DNA from: a virus
Lineage: Duplodnaviria; Caudoviricetes
Reading direction: 5' to 3' (one strand)
Length of the DNA: 64,000 nucleotides
Virus record (IMG/VR): IMGVR_UViG_3300032007_001727
The position numbers and the translations under genes are program-made. Shown piece after piece: positions 20,201-29,919 of this stretch. Within the stretch, counting starts at the first letter, position 1. Each line of letters starts with the position of its first letter. Below the pieces are notes generated by a model that saw nothing but the letters and a program-made list of their open reading frames with translations, made no database searches and was not told where the DNA came from.

Positions 20201-20691
20201 TTGAGGCTATAGTTGAAAAGAGGCCGACAAAATTGGCCGTCCCAAACAGTGACCTTGGTGGTGGTATGGAAGGCATGGATGATATGAATAATGCTCCAAT
20301 ACCACCAATGGACACTGACATACCGGAAGAAATGCCTCAAGATGACGAAATGGATGGAGAACAGCCACCAATGGAAGACCAAGACGGTATGGAACAAGAT
20401 GGGGAAGACAAGGAGTTATTGGACATCATCAACAGTCTCTCGATAGAGGACAAGGCCGCAGTGAAGAAATATGCCAAGAGCATGTCGGATGATGATGAAG
20501 AAGGTGGCAATGAAGATTTTGGTGATAATGAACCGGAAGATGAAATGCCGATGGAAGGTATGAGGTCATTAAGGAATATCATTGACGAGACAATCAATGA
20601 TGTTTTTAACCAAAAGGAAAGAAAAAGAGACAACGATGAACTTCCACAAGAATTTGAACGTGGGTCTTTTCCATTTAAATCCAAATATTAA
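20188..20691 (+). CDS. Acidic ORF in -1 frame, probably reached by frameshift from 18506..20200
   Basis: Frame open from the A9 run (KKSLIEAIVEKRPTKLAVP...); the annotated start is only TTG 20233. Confidence 0.55.
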   Translation, partial: KKSLIEAIVEKRPTKLAVPNSDLGGGMEGMDDMNNAPIPPMDTDIPEEMPQDDEMDGEQPPMEDQDGMEQDGEDKELLDIINSLSIEDKAAVKKYAKSMSDDDEEGGNEDFGDNEPEDEMPMEGMRSLRNIIDETINDVFNQKERKRDNDELPQEFERGSFPFKSKY

Positions 20692-20708
20692 AAATTTTTA
20701 ATAAAAAT

Positions 20709-20734
20709 AAGGGGTGTTAACGCACCCCTTTTTT
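20709..20734 (+). terminator. Intrinsic terminator
   Basis: AAGGGGTG-TTAACG-CACCCCTT followed by Ts. Confidence 0.8.
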
Positions 20735-20774
20735 GTTTTGTTTGATATTTATTTTTAAAAAAAGACGATACGTT

Positions 20775-21215
20775 ATGGAAATACTTGTTAAAAGAAACGG
20801 AAATCTTAAGAAATTGGGTGAAGGAAAAATATATTCAAAGAAAGACTTGACATTGAATGAAGAAAATGAACTTACGTTAACAACTAATGATGGTCTCGGA
20901 AAGGAATCACCATCTGAAATTAAACATGAGATAACACAAGAGGCTCCTCATGTTCCGGGTGAAACTAATGTCTTAGTTACACCAAATTCTGTTAAGGGTG
21001 TAACACCTCCGTCACAATCACAAGTTAACAAACCGGGTAGTAGAAACGTTGATATTAACAGTTCTAATTTTGAGGGAGAAATCGAAAAGAATGCAAAAGA
21101 AGGGGCAGAAAGTTTAGTACATACTAGTACTAATGAAAGTAATCTTCATAAAATGCGCAAGAATTCAATTCCATTTACCAAGAGTGAGTTACATGATTTC
21201 CTAAAGACCATCTAA
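20775..21215 (+). CDS. Hypothetical protein
   Basis: ORF; ATATTTAT at 20745. Confidence 0.7.
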   Translation: MEILVKRNGNLKKLGEGKIYSKKDLTLNEENELTLTTNDGLGKESPSEIKHEITQEAPHVPGETNVLVTPNSVKGVTPPSQSQVNKPGSRNVDINSSNFEGEIEKNAKEGAESLVHTSTNESNLHKMRKNSIPFTKSELHDFLKTI

Positions 21216-21222
21216 ATTCTAA

Positions 21223-22440
21223 ATGAAGAAAGTATATATAAATGAAAATCATCTGTCTAGTGTGGTCAAGGATGAGTTACTGCCTCAGTTTCTCTTTAAA
21301 CTAGTTAAGACACACTCAACATCATTGGGGGACAGCGAAGCATTCCCTAGTGGTGGCAAATATCCCTTTGACTATACGGTTCTTAAGGAAAGGTACTTGG
21401 AGGTGCTGAAAAAAATAAAGGCACTTGGGTTGGAGTCATTGGACGAGGACTATCTCATGAGTGAACTTAGTTCCCTAATCACAAGGTGCAGGGAACTCGA
21501 GAGGCCGGTAAGAGATTCATTGGAAAAGATTTGTGAAAACGCGGTTAACCGCCTATTCGCAATCCCGGAAGAAATGATTATCATGAAACTGAGTTTGGTT
21601 GATAAGATTGAATACAAGAACTATGTTAGAGTCAATCCGGAATACGAAACTGTAGGTTACACCTTCAAGGATGTTGCCGACATAGACCATTCGAACAAGG
21701 CGGTGGACAAGAGAAGGTTCATAGACTCGCTCATCCAAGGTGCATCGTATCTATATGCCAATGACATCGGACTATACGTCAATGAAATTGACACCATCAA
21801 CGGCGAACTCTTGAGACTTTACAGAAAGATTAGGATTATCAACGACTACCTTCTCTTCACAAAGAAGGAGAAGATAACGGACGATAATCCCATGCAAGGT
21901 TCATACGTGGAGACACACTTGGGAGTGAACGGAAAAAAGACCAAGATAAAGGCACAAGGACTCATATTCCCGTTGCTGCTGCAAGAAACAATAAGGGGAA
22001 TGTTCGAACTTTTCTCATCACACGGTCTTCCGGATGACATATCAAAGGCATCATACATCATAAAGATGGCAGACTTTGTCTTGGCCGAACCTTGGGACAT
22101 GAGGTTGGGTGTTGGGTTGTGGAAGAGACTCTTCGGCAGCATAGAGGACACAAACTTGATTCCGTATGTCTTCACCTCATTGGTGAAACTTCCTGCGGAC
22201 AAGTTCAATTCTTGCGTCAAGGAGATTCTTTCGAAGACGGAAAAGGGTTCAAGAATCATGCAACAACTTGTCACGGCGGCAGAATACGACAACGGCTATC
22301 AGCAGTTCACGAACAGAATAAATGCAAGAAATATTAACAAGTCCGTCATAAATGACTCTTATTTTACCGGTGCCGAGAACGGTGACTTTACATTAGACTC
22401 AGATGATGATAATAATGTTATTGAAGAGGATGACAATTAA
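21223..22440 (+). CDS. Hypothetical protein with leader MKKVYINE
   Basis: 405-aa ORF in the head gene cluster. Confidence 0.75.
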   Translation: MKKVYINENHLSSVVKDELLPQFLFKLVKTHSTSLGDSEAFPSGGKYPFDYTVLKERYLEVLKKIKALGLESLDEDYLMSELSSLITRCRELERPVRDSLEKICENAVNRLFAIPEEMIIMKLSLVDKIEYKNYVRVNPEYETVGYTFKDVADIDHSNKAVDKRRFIDSLIQGASYLYANDIGLYVNEIDTINGELLRLYRKIRIINDYLLFTKKEKITDDNPMQGSYVETHLGVNGKKTKIKAQGLIFPLLLQETIRGMFELFSSHGLPDDISKASYIIKMADFVLAEPWDMRLGVGLWKRLFGSIEDTNLIPYVFTSLVKLPADKFNSCVKEILSKTEKGSRIMQQLVTAAEYDNGYQQFTNRINARNINKSVINDSYFTGAENGDFTLDSDDDNNVIEEDDN

Positions 22441-22447
22441 ATTGGTT

Positions 22448-23587
22448 ATGAAAAGAGTGAATGAAGAGTTTATCGAAAAAGCAAGAAAAATTCATGGAGA
22501 CAAATATGATTATTCAAAAGTAGAATACATTAACAATAAGACAAAAGTTTGTATAGTATGTCCGATACACGGTGAGTTTTGGCAGAGGCCAAATAATCAT
22601 TTAAGCGGACAAGGGTGTCCACATTGTGGCGGAACCGCCAATATCAAGACTGAAGGCTTTATTGAAAAGGCTAGAATGGTTCATGGAGACAAATATGATT
22701 ATTCAAAGGTAGACTATGTCAATAATAAGACAAAGGTAATCATTGTCTGTAAGAAACATGGGGAGTTCACCGTATCCCCGGAGCATCACTTGAGGGGAGT
22801 CGGTTGCCCTAAATGTCATTTCGAAAAACTTTCCTCATTGTTTTCAATGACAAAAGACGAGTTTGTTGAGAAGGCTAAATCAGTACATGAAGATAAGTAC
22901 GACTACTCAAAGGTAGATTATGTTAACAACAATACCAAGGTTTGTATAGTTTGTCCGGTTCACGGTGAATTTTGGCAAACTCCGCATAATCATTTAAGCG
23001 GCAACGGTTGCCCTAAGTGCAAGGGAGACAAACTTAGGCAAGACAAACTCAAGACATTCGATGAGTTTGTGTCGGAGGCAAATAAGATACATGGTAAGAA
23101 GTACACCTATATACCGCCTTATTCCGGAAAAAACATACCAATTGAAATTATTTGTCCCTTACATGGAAAGTTCAAGCAAACCCCACATGACCACTTGAGC
23201 GGGTGCGGATGTCCGAAATGCAACTCATCAAAACTTGAATTAAGGCTTCTGAGGCTCTTTAATGAAAATTCCATAGAGCACGTCTATTTGTGTAGGAAAA
23301 ACACGCTAGCGTGGCTAGAAAGGCAGTCTTTGGACTTCTATCTTCCGAAATATAACGTTGCAGTGGAATGCCAAGGTGCACAACACTATGTTCCTTCCAA
23401 TTTCGGCTCAAAAGACAAAGACCCGAATGACTGCTTGAGGATTGTACGAGAGAGGGATGAGAGGAAAAGGAGTCTTTGCGAGGAAAACAATGTAAGACTG
23501 TTGTATTTTTCGGACAAGAAATATGATGACGAGGTCATTATCGACGAAAATAAATTGCTAGAAAGTATTAAGGCTTATGGTTTATGA
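22448..23587 (+). CDS. Putative homing endonuclease: repeated CPxHG...CPxC Zn modules + C-terminal PD-(D/E)xK/Vsr-like nuclease
   Basis: Four KYDYSKVxY/CPxHGEF repeats; LDFYLPKYNVAVECQGAQHY; overlaps the terminase start. Confidence 0.8.
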   Translation: MKRVNEEFIEKARKIHGDKYDYSKVEYINNKTKVCIVCPIHGEFWQRPNNHLSGQGCPHCGGTANIKTEGFIEKARMVHGDKYDYSKVDYVNNKTKVIIVCKKHGEFTVSPEHHLRGVGCPKCHFEKLSSLFSMTKDEFVEKAKSVHEDKYDYSKVDYVNNNTKVCIVCPVHGEFWQTPHNHLSGNGCPKCKGDKLRQDKLKTFDEFVSEANKIHGKKYTYIPPYSGKNIPIEIICPLHGKFKQTPHDHLSGCGCPKCNSSKLELRLLRLFNENSIEHVYLCRKNTLAWLERQSLDFYLPKYNVAVECQGAQHYVPSNFGSKDKDPNDCLRIVRERDERKRSLCEENNVRLLYFSDKKYDDEVIIDENKLLESIKAYGL

Positions 23588-25451
23588 CATACAAGAACTG
23601 AAGCGGGACTATGCACTGTGCTATGCGGATAAAACTAGAGTACGCTTCATCGAAAACTATTTCAGCACCTTCAACGCAACAAAGGGCAAGAAGACGCAGT
23701 TCCACTGCTTCCCTAGGCAAAAGGAATTCTTGAAGGCTTTGGCAGAAAACAAGAACGTCATTGCCGTTAAGCCTAGGCAGTGCGGTATTACTACGTTGTC
23801 TAGCGCTTGGGCTGCTGCCGAATGCGCATTCTCATCTAGCGCTTCGCCACAGACAATATTGTGTATTGCAAATAAACTTGACCAAGCAAACGAAATTATC
23901 ATAAAGGTAAGAGATTTCCTTGAGCAAGTCCCTAGATGGATTTGGGGAGGCGAATTTTTCAGTCCGGACCCGAATTCTGAAAAGAATACTAAATCTATTT
24001 TTATAAAGGATGCAAAGAGTGAGTTGAAGTTGTTTAACGGGTGCCGTATACTTGCACGTGCTAGCGGTCCTAACGCTGCCCGTGGTATAAGTGCCGTATC
24101 TACGCTAATCTTGGACGAGGCTGCGTTTATCGAGGACGGCTTAAGCGTATATACAACTGCTGCCGCAACCATGGCCTCAAACCCCAATTCGAAGACCGTC
24201 ATGGTCTCCACCCCTAACGGGCGCGACGAACTATATTACAATACCTACCGGCAAGCGCTGACACACGAGAACGGCTTTACGGCTGTGCAGTTCCGTTGGT
24301 ATCAAGACCCTCGCTTCAACAAGTATCTTGTGTGGAAGAAGAAGGACTCCATCACCGGAGAATGGCTCTATGACGAGGATAGAGTGATAGACGATGAGGG
24401 AAACATTGAGTACAACGAGGAAAGATGGACCAAGTTGGAGCATGGCGGTTGGAAGGCAGAGTCACCTTGGTACATTGAAATGTGCCGCAAGTTCAACAAC
24501 GACTCAATGAAAATTGCCCAAGAACTTGACGTGTCGTTCATGGGTTCTGCCGATAACGTGGTGGCACCGGAGTTTATTGAACAGCAAGAGAAACTTAACG
24601 TTAGGGAGCCGCTTGAGGATTTCGCCGACCCGTTGGTTGAGGAGACTTGGTTTTGGAAAAGACCGATAGAGGGTCATAGGTACATTCTTGCTTGTGACGC
24701 TTCCCGTGGAACGGCATCCGACAACACGGCCATTGAAATAATAGACATGGACGGTATCAGTGAAGACGGACTCCCCATAATAGAGCAAGTCGCGGAATAC
24801 GTCGGCAAGAAACTCGGTGACGATATAGGAGCAATATGTTATCAGTATGCAACCATGTACAACAATGCCTTCGTTGTCTTCGACGCAACCGGTGGACAGT
24901 CCGACGCGGCCATCATAACAATGCTTCAAATGGGTTACAAGAATCTCTACTACGAGGACTCGAACCAAAAGACGTACCTTGTTCAGAGGCTTACCAAAAA
25001 CTATGACACCTATACGGACCGGCTACCGGGTTTCCACTTCCAAGGTAACAGATACCCGGTGCTGTCGAACTTGGCGGGACTCATTAGGAACAACGAGTTC
25101 AAGATACGTTCCGCTAGGGTCATAAATGAGTTGAACACGTGGATATTCAAGGGTGATACCGGGCGCATTGACCACCAAGACGGAAGTCACGATGATACGC
25201 TCTGTGCACTTGCCATGGGACTGTTCGTTATGCAGTACACCGTAAACAGACTCCAAAATACCATAAGCAAGGACAAGGCCATCCTAGGTGCCTACATGAC
25301 AAACAATTCATTCTCGACAAGCCGCTCGAAACTAGGATACGGGAGAACAATGGAACCAAAGAACGGACTTCCGTTCTACAGCAGCAAGACTTTGAACAAA
25401 AATAATGTAATTAATGGCAATTTTATGTGGGTATTTGGACAAAATAAATAA
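23577..25451 (+). CDS. Terminase large subunit (T4 gp17-like)
   Basis: KPRQCGITT (Walker A), LILDEAAF (Walker B), VSTPNG, QELD, nuclease DASRG...HDD. Confidence 0.93.
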   Translation: MVYDIQELKRDYALCYADKTRVRFIENYFSTFNATKGKKTQFHCFPRQKEFLKALAENKNVIAVKPRQCGITTLSSAWAAAECAFSSSASPQTILCIANKLDQANEIIIKVRDFLEQVPRWIWGGEFFSPDPNSEKNTKSIFIKDAKSELKLFNGCRILARASGPNAARGISAVSTLILDEAAFIEDGLSVYTTAAATMASNPNSKTVMVSTPNGRDELYYNTYRQALTHENGFTAVQFRWYQDPRFNKYLVWKKKDSITGEWLYDEDRVIDDEGNIEYNEERWTKLEHGGWKAESPWYIEMCRKFNNDSMKIAQELDVSFMGSADNVVAPEFIEQQEKLNVREPLEDFADPLVEETWFWKRPIEGHRYILACDASRGTASDNTAIEIIDMDGISEDGLPIIEQVAEYVGKKLGDDIGAICYQYATMYNNAFVVFDATGGQSDAAIITMLQMGYKNLYYEDSNQKTYLVQRLTKNYDTYTDRLPGFHFQGNRYPVLSNLAGLIRNNEFKIRSARVINELNTWIFKGDTGRIDHQDGSHDDTLCALAMGLFVMQYTVNRLQNTISKDKAILGAYMTNNSFSTSRSKLGYGRTMEPKNGLPFYSSKTLNKNNVINGNFMWVFGQNK

Positions 25452-25464
25452 TGAGTGAATCAGA

Positions 25465-25728
25465 TTATTCACTCATTATTCTTTCAATTAGCAAGTTTTT
25501 GTCTTGAATTACATCATAAGGGAAATCATACTTGTAATTAGCATAATATAACACTCTGACTCCATTTTCATTGGATAATCGTAATTTTTCCTCGTCTTGT
25601 CGTTGTCTTTTCTCAAAGGCAACAACGCCACCAAATCGTTTCACCGGGATAAAGTGTTGCTTGCCTTGGCACTCAATCACCGTGTTGTATTCCGGAAGAA
25701 AAAAATCATATTTAAACTTTTTATCTCT
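25465..25728 (-). pseudogene. C-terminal remnant of the same homing-endonuclease family
   Basis: KYDFFLPEYNTVIECQGKQHF...NGVRVLYY; in-frame TAA immediately upstream and no Zn-finger repeats. Confidence 0.75.
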
Positions 25729-25776
25729 TTAAATATTTATAGAAATACATTATATTTTATAAAATAAAAAAACAAA

Positions 25777-28700
25777 ATGGCAAAAAGAAAATATACCGTC
25801 TTCCAAGCATTGGATAGGGCAATCACCGGTAATTGGGGCAAGCAAGATGCGTTGTCTTCGCACATCAACTCATATGACATGAGCAATAACGGTGATAAGG
25901 TTATCTATAGGACAGACAACAAGGAAGACTACCTTAATAAGAAGTTGGAACTTCAGCAGAACAAGTACCTTAGGGACAGATGGGTTAAGGCGGACGTGAA
26001 CTTGTCCGTAAGTGCATATTCCGGACTTAACAACATTAAGTTAATGTATCGTGATGCGGACTTGATGGATGCGTTTCCGGAAATAGGTGCGGCATTGGAC
26101 ATAGTTTCAGAAGAGTCTTGCATAAGCGACAGTTCCGGCAATTTGGTCAATATATACTCAAAGTCCGACAGAATAAAGCGAATACTTGAGGATTTGTTCG
26201 TAAACCGTTTGAACATTCAACTCACGGCACCTATGATAATTCGTGCCATGTGCAAATACGGAAACCAATTCATGCTTTTGGATATTGACAACCGCAATGG
26301 TGTCAAGGGATGGAAGCAACTCCCGGTGTTCAATGTTGAGAGGATTGAGAATGGTATTCAGAACCCGTATGGAACCGGTGGCATGTCTGTTTCGGTGAAC
26401 CAAGCGAACACAAATGACGTTGACATGTCCACACAGTTTATATGGTTGGATGACAACAATTCTCAGATACCGTTCAGAGATTGGCAAATCGCACATTTCC
26501 GGCTACTTAATAATTCCTTATACCTACCGTATGGGTGTTTGGTTGGTGATACTAGGGTTGAAACTGAATTTGGTTATAAGGAAATGTCCAATATAAACAT
26601 TGGTGATAAAGTGTGGACGTTTAACCTTAATTCTCAGAAAAGAGAGTTAGGCACTGTTTCTATGTTTATGCATAAAGGTGAAAAGGATGTTTATAAAGTT
26701 TCAACGCTTCATAATGAAATTGAAGGGACTGAAGACCATAAATTATTAACATATGACGGGAGTGATTTAGTATATAAAGAAATCAAAGAGATTAAAATTG
26801 GTGATTTACTCATTGTTGATAATTCTCATGACAAGTGTGATAATAAAATAAAAATTGATAAAACGTATCCATCTGAAAAAGAGGCGAATTTAAATAAATC
26901 AATGACTTGGTGGACGGATTATATTCATTTGATACCGGATTATGTCGATGAAGATTTCGCTAAATTTTTTGGCTTTATGGTTGGTGATGGGTGGGTTACA
27001 CAGTCAAAATATGTATATTTCGCCACTGGTGAATATGAGAAATTTAACATAGAATTTTACAAATATCTTGAGAAGATTACCGGACATAAAGTGTCGTTTA
27101 GAAGACCATTCATTAATGAAAATCATAATTATGAATATTCATGTTGTTTGGTTTGCTCAAAATGTTTGGCATTAATAATGCATAGGATGGGCTTCATTGA
27201 TGGATTTGATAAAAAAAGAGTACCTAGTTGGGTTTTTTCATCTAGTGATATAATTAAAAAATCATTTCTTGATGGACTCATGATTTCAGATGGCAGTTAT
27301 AATATTGATAAGTACAATATTTTAAGGTGTTCTTTAGAAATGGCCAACGAACAATTAATAAAAGACATCAAAACATTAGTTCAATCTTTAGGATATAAAT
27401 CTTCAAAAATATCAAATAGAAATAGGGTTGGAAAATGTAGCGCCTTGAAAAATGGATACAATATAATAACTAAAAACACCTCTTATTATTTCTATTTCTA
27501 TGAAAGTTACAATAAACAAGAAAAGAAATATGATTTGTCTAATAGATTAGAAAATGGTTTTAAGACAGAAAAGGTGAAAAAAATAGAATATGTTGGTAAA
27601 AAACAAACATATGATTTCACTGTAAATAATGAGAATAGTAATTTTTTCGCAAATGGTATTGTAACGCACAATTGTTCTTATCTTAATGCTGCAAGAAGAC
27701 ATTGGCGTATGTTGAGCCTCATGGAGGACATGATGTTGATTTATCGTCTTGAGCGCTCTGTCGAAAGAAGGGTGTATAAGATTTATGTTGGTGCCATTGA
27801 TGACGCGGACGTGCAAGCATATGTCGAGCAGATTGCAAATCAGTTCAAGAGAACACCAATCATTGACCCGATGACCGGGCAGATTGATTTGAGAAAGAAC
27901 ATCTTATCGGTCGATAACGATGTCTTTCTTCCGGTGAGAGACGAGAATGCTAGCACACCTATTGACACACTTTCAGCGGGTCAGAACATGACGGCTTTGG
28001 ATGACATAAAGTTTGTTCAGAACAAGGTGCTTACCGCGTTGAGGATACCAAAGACCTTCTTGAACTTCGAGGAACCGGCCGGAGAGGGGAAAAACCTTGC
28101 ATTGATGGATGTTAGGTTCACTAGGACGGTGAACAGAATACAGCAAGCGTTTCTGATGGAATTGACAAAGGTTGCGTCAATACACTTGTTCTTGTTGGGC
28201 TTCAACGATGAACTCAATAATTTTGCATTGTCGATGAATAATCCGTCCACGCAAGCGGAGGGTTTGGAAATCGATAACATTCAGAAGAAGATTGACGCGG
28301 TTAGGGATGCTGTGTCAGACCCCGGAAACGGAATACCGGTTATGTCACAGACTCGCGCATTAAAGCAGATTATGAAGTGGTCTGAAAAGGAAATCAAGGA
28401 GAACTTTGAGGAGATTCGTCTTGAAAAGGGTATTGCGGCAGAGTTGGAGAAAACGACACAGATTATCAAGAAGACCGGAATCTTTGATACAGTTGACAGA
28501 ATCTATGGCGAACCCGGTGCGGAATACGCCGATGATGTGCAAGGACAAGGAGAAATGGGCGGAGGACCAAGTATGGGTGGCGGTCCAAGTGGTGGCATGG
28601 GAGCACCGCCTCCACCACCTCCAACCGGAGAAATCGGCGAAGACTTGGGTAATATGGGAAGCCCGATGGACAATGGAAACGGTGGTGAGATTTCCGGTGC

Positions 28701-28905
28701 CGAGGCTTCAATTCCTACCTCTCAAATGGGACAAGAGGGTATGCCTCCAATGGAATCCATATACAAGAACGGAAAGCCGTTGATTAATGAGAGCGTGCTT
28801 AAGCGTGCGGAAGTGTATGACAAGGAATCGCTTATGATAAACGAGGAATTCGACAAGATGATTAAGGCCCTTGAACAATTCTCCTTGGAGGATGTCAAAG
28901 AATAA
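25777..28905 (+). CDS. Portal protein (T4 gp20-like) interrupted by an intein
   Basis: PEIGAALDIVSEE, MEDMMLIYRLERS.ERRVY, PIDTLSAG, ALRIPK, RFTRTVNRIQ. Confidence 0.9.
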   Translation: MAKRKYTVFQALDRAITGNWGKQDALSSHINSYDMSNNGDKVIYRTDNKEDYLNKKLELQQNKYLRDRWVKADVNLSVSAYSGLNNIKLMYRDADLMDAFPEIGAALDIVSEESCISDSSGNLVNIYSKSDRIKRILEDLFVNRLNIQLTAPMIIRAMCKYGNQFMLLDIDNRNGVKGWKQLPVFNVERIENGIQNPYGTGGMSVSVNQANTNDVDMSTQFIWLDDNNSQIPFRDWQIAHFRLLNNSLYLPYGCLVGDTRVETEFGYKEMSNINIGDKVWTFNLNSQKRELGTVSMFMHKGEKDVYKVSTLHNEIEGTEDHKLLTYDGSDLVYKEIKEIKIGDLLIVDNSHDKCDNKIKIDKTYPSEKEANLNKSMTWWTDYIHLIPDYVDEDFAKFFGFMVGDGWVTQSKYVYFATGEYEKFNIEFYKYLEKITGHKVSFRRPFINENHNYEYSCCLVCSKCLALIMHRMGFIDGFDKKRVPSWVFSSSDIIKKSFLDGLMISDGSYNIDKYNILRCSLEMANEQLIKDIKTLVQSLGYKSSKISNRNRVGKCSALKNGYNIITKNTSYYFYFYESYNKQEKKYDLSNRLENGFKTEKVKKIEYVGKKQTYDFTVNNENSNFFANGIVTHNCSYLNAARRHWRMLSLMEDMMLIYRLERSVERRVYKIYVGAIDDADVQAYVEQIANQFKRTPIIDPMTGQIDLRKNILSVDNDVFLPVRDENASTPIDTLSAGQNMTALDDIKFVQNKVLTALRIPKTFLNFEEPAGEGKNLALMDVRFTRTVNRIQQAFLMELTKVASIHLFLLGFNDELNNFALSMNNPSTQAEGLEIDNIQKKIDAVRDAVSDPGNGIPVMSQTRALKQIMKWSEKEIKENFEEIRLEKGIAAELEKTTQIIKKTGIFDTVDRIYGEPGAEYADDVQGQGEMGGGPSMGGGPSGGMGAPPPPPPTGEIGEDLGNMGSPMDNGNGGEISGAEASIPTSQMGQEGMPPMESIYKNGKPLINESVLKRAEVYDKESLMINEEFDKMIKALEQFSLEDVKE
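26536..27672 (+). mobile_element. Intein (379 aa) with LAGLIDADG homing endonuclease
   Basis: PYG|CLVGDT...TEDHK...FFGFMVGDGW...FLDGLMISDGS...YDFTV...NGIVTHN|C; more AT-rich than the flanks. Confidence 0.93.
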
Positions 28906-28914
28906 TAAATAATA

Positions 28915-28943
28915 AAAATGCGGTCAATATGACCGCATTTTTT
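28915..28943 (+). terminator. Intrinsic terminator
   Basis: AAAATGCGGTCA-ATA-TGACCGCATTTT. Confidence 0.8.
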
Positions 28944-28978
28944 ATGTGTGTTGATATTTATAAGAAAAATATTTTATT

Positions 28979-29914
28979 ATGAAATCCAATAACTATAACA
29001 AAGAATTTGCGAACTACATTAGGATAATCGGGGAAGCGTTGAAGAATGAGGACTTCGATGCATATAACTCCGCAAAGATGATGTTGGATGAAGCCGTAAG
29101 TGAAAAGAGGGAGTTCAATGAATTGAAGAAGCAACTCAACACGCTTAACTTCGGCATTTTGAACCACATATTCGAGGAGGAGTTGCCTACTCTTATAAAG
29201 ACGAACAAAAAGGGTGTAAGGGCCGTAATAGCCCTCATTAAGGAGGACAAGAACCTTGTGGGTCAGTTTAATCTCTATAATGTGATTAAGACCAAATATA
29301 ACGGAAACGCGGCCAAGATGATTGACTCTAGTGAAATGCTTGACAAACTTGTTGAAAGTGCCGAAAAGGACATTGACTCAAAGACTCTGTTGAAGTCAAA
29401 CAAGAAACTGAGGAATGTAATGATTGAGAACAACATCGTTCCTAGCAAGTTCATATCCTCCGAGGACAAAAACTTGTATGAGGCAATCGACAACATCATA
29501 ACATCAAAAAGGTCAACCTCAAATATGGTATCTCTGATGGAGAACTATCATACGGTGTGTCAATATATGGATGCCCATAAGGATGACAATAAATCCAAGG
29601 GAAAGACGTTTGATGAAATCGTTGAGGAATTCGAGAAGAATCTTAAGGATAATCTGAATGAGTCGGAGATTTCTTTCGTACAAGAGATAACTGACTTTAG
29701 GACACCTCTCGCAAACAAGAGGAAGGAAAGACTTTTCAATGAGATTAAGACCCAATGCTTGGGTGCGTTGGAAAAGATGCTGAAGGAAGACACGTCGAAC
29801 GAAGAACTTTCTAGCCTCAAGGAGCAGATTAGCGGAATGGCCTTCAACAACGAGACCATAGTGAATGACATTGCAAAACTGATGGAGATAAGAGACATTC
29901 TTGTCGAGGAATAG
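28979..29914 (+). CDS. Hypothetical (head-module) protein
   Basis: 311-aa ORF with late motif at 28954. Confidence 0.75.
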   Translation: MKSNNYNKEFANYIRIIGEALKNEDFDAYNSAKMMLDEAVSEKREFNELKKQLNTLNFGILNHIFEEELPTLIKTNKKGVRAVIALIKEDKNLVGQFNLYNVIKTKYNGNAAKMIDSSEMLDKLVESAEKDIDSKTLLKSNKKLRNVMIENNIVPSKFISSEDKNLYEAIDNIITSKRSTSNMVSLMENYHTVCQYMDAHKDDNKSKGKTFDEIVEEFEKNLKDNLNESEISFVQEITDFRTPLANKRKERLFNEIKTQCLGALEKMLKEDTSNEELSSLKEQISGMAFNNETIVNDIAKLMEIRDILVEE

Positions 29915-29919
29915 GATAA

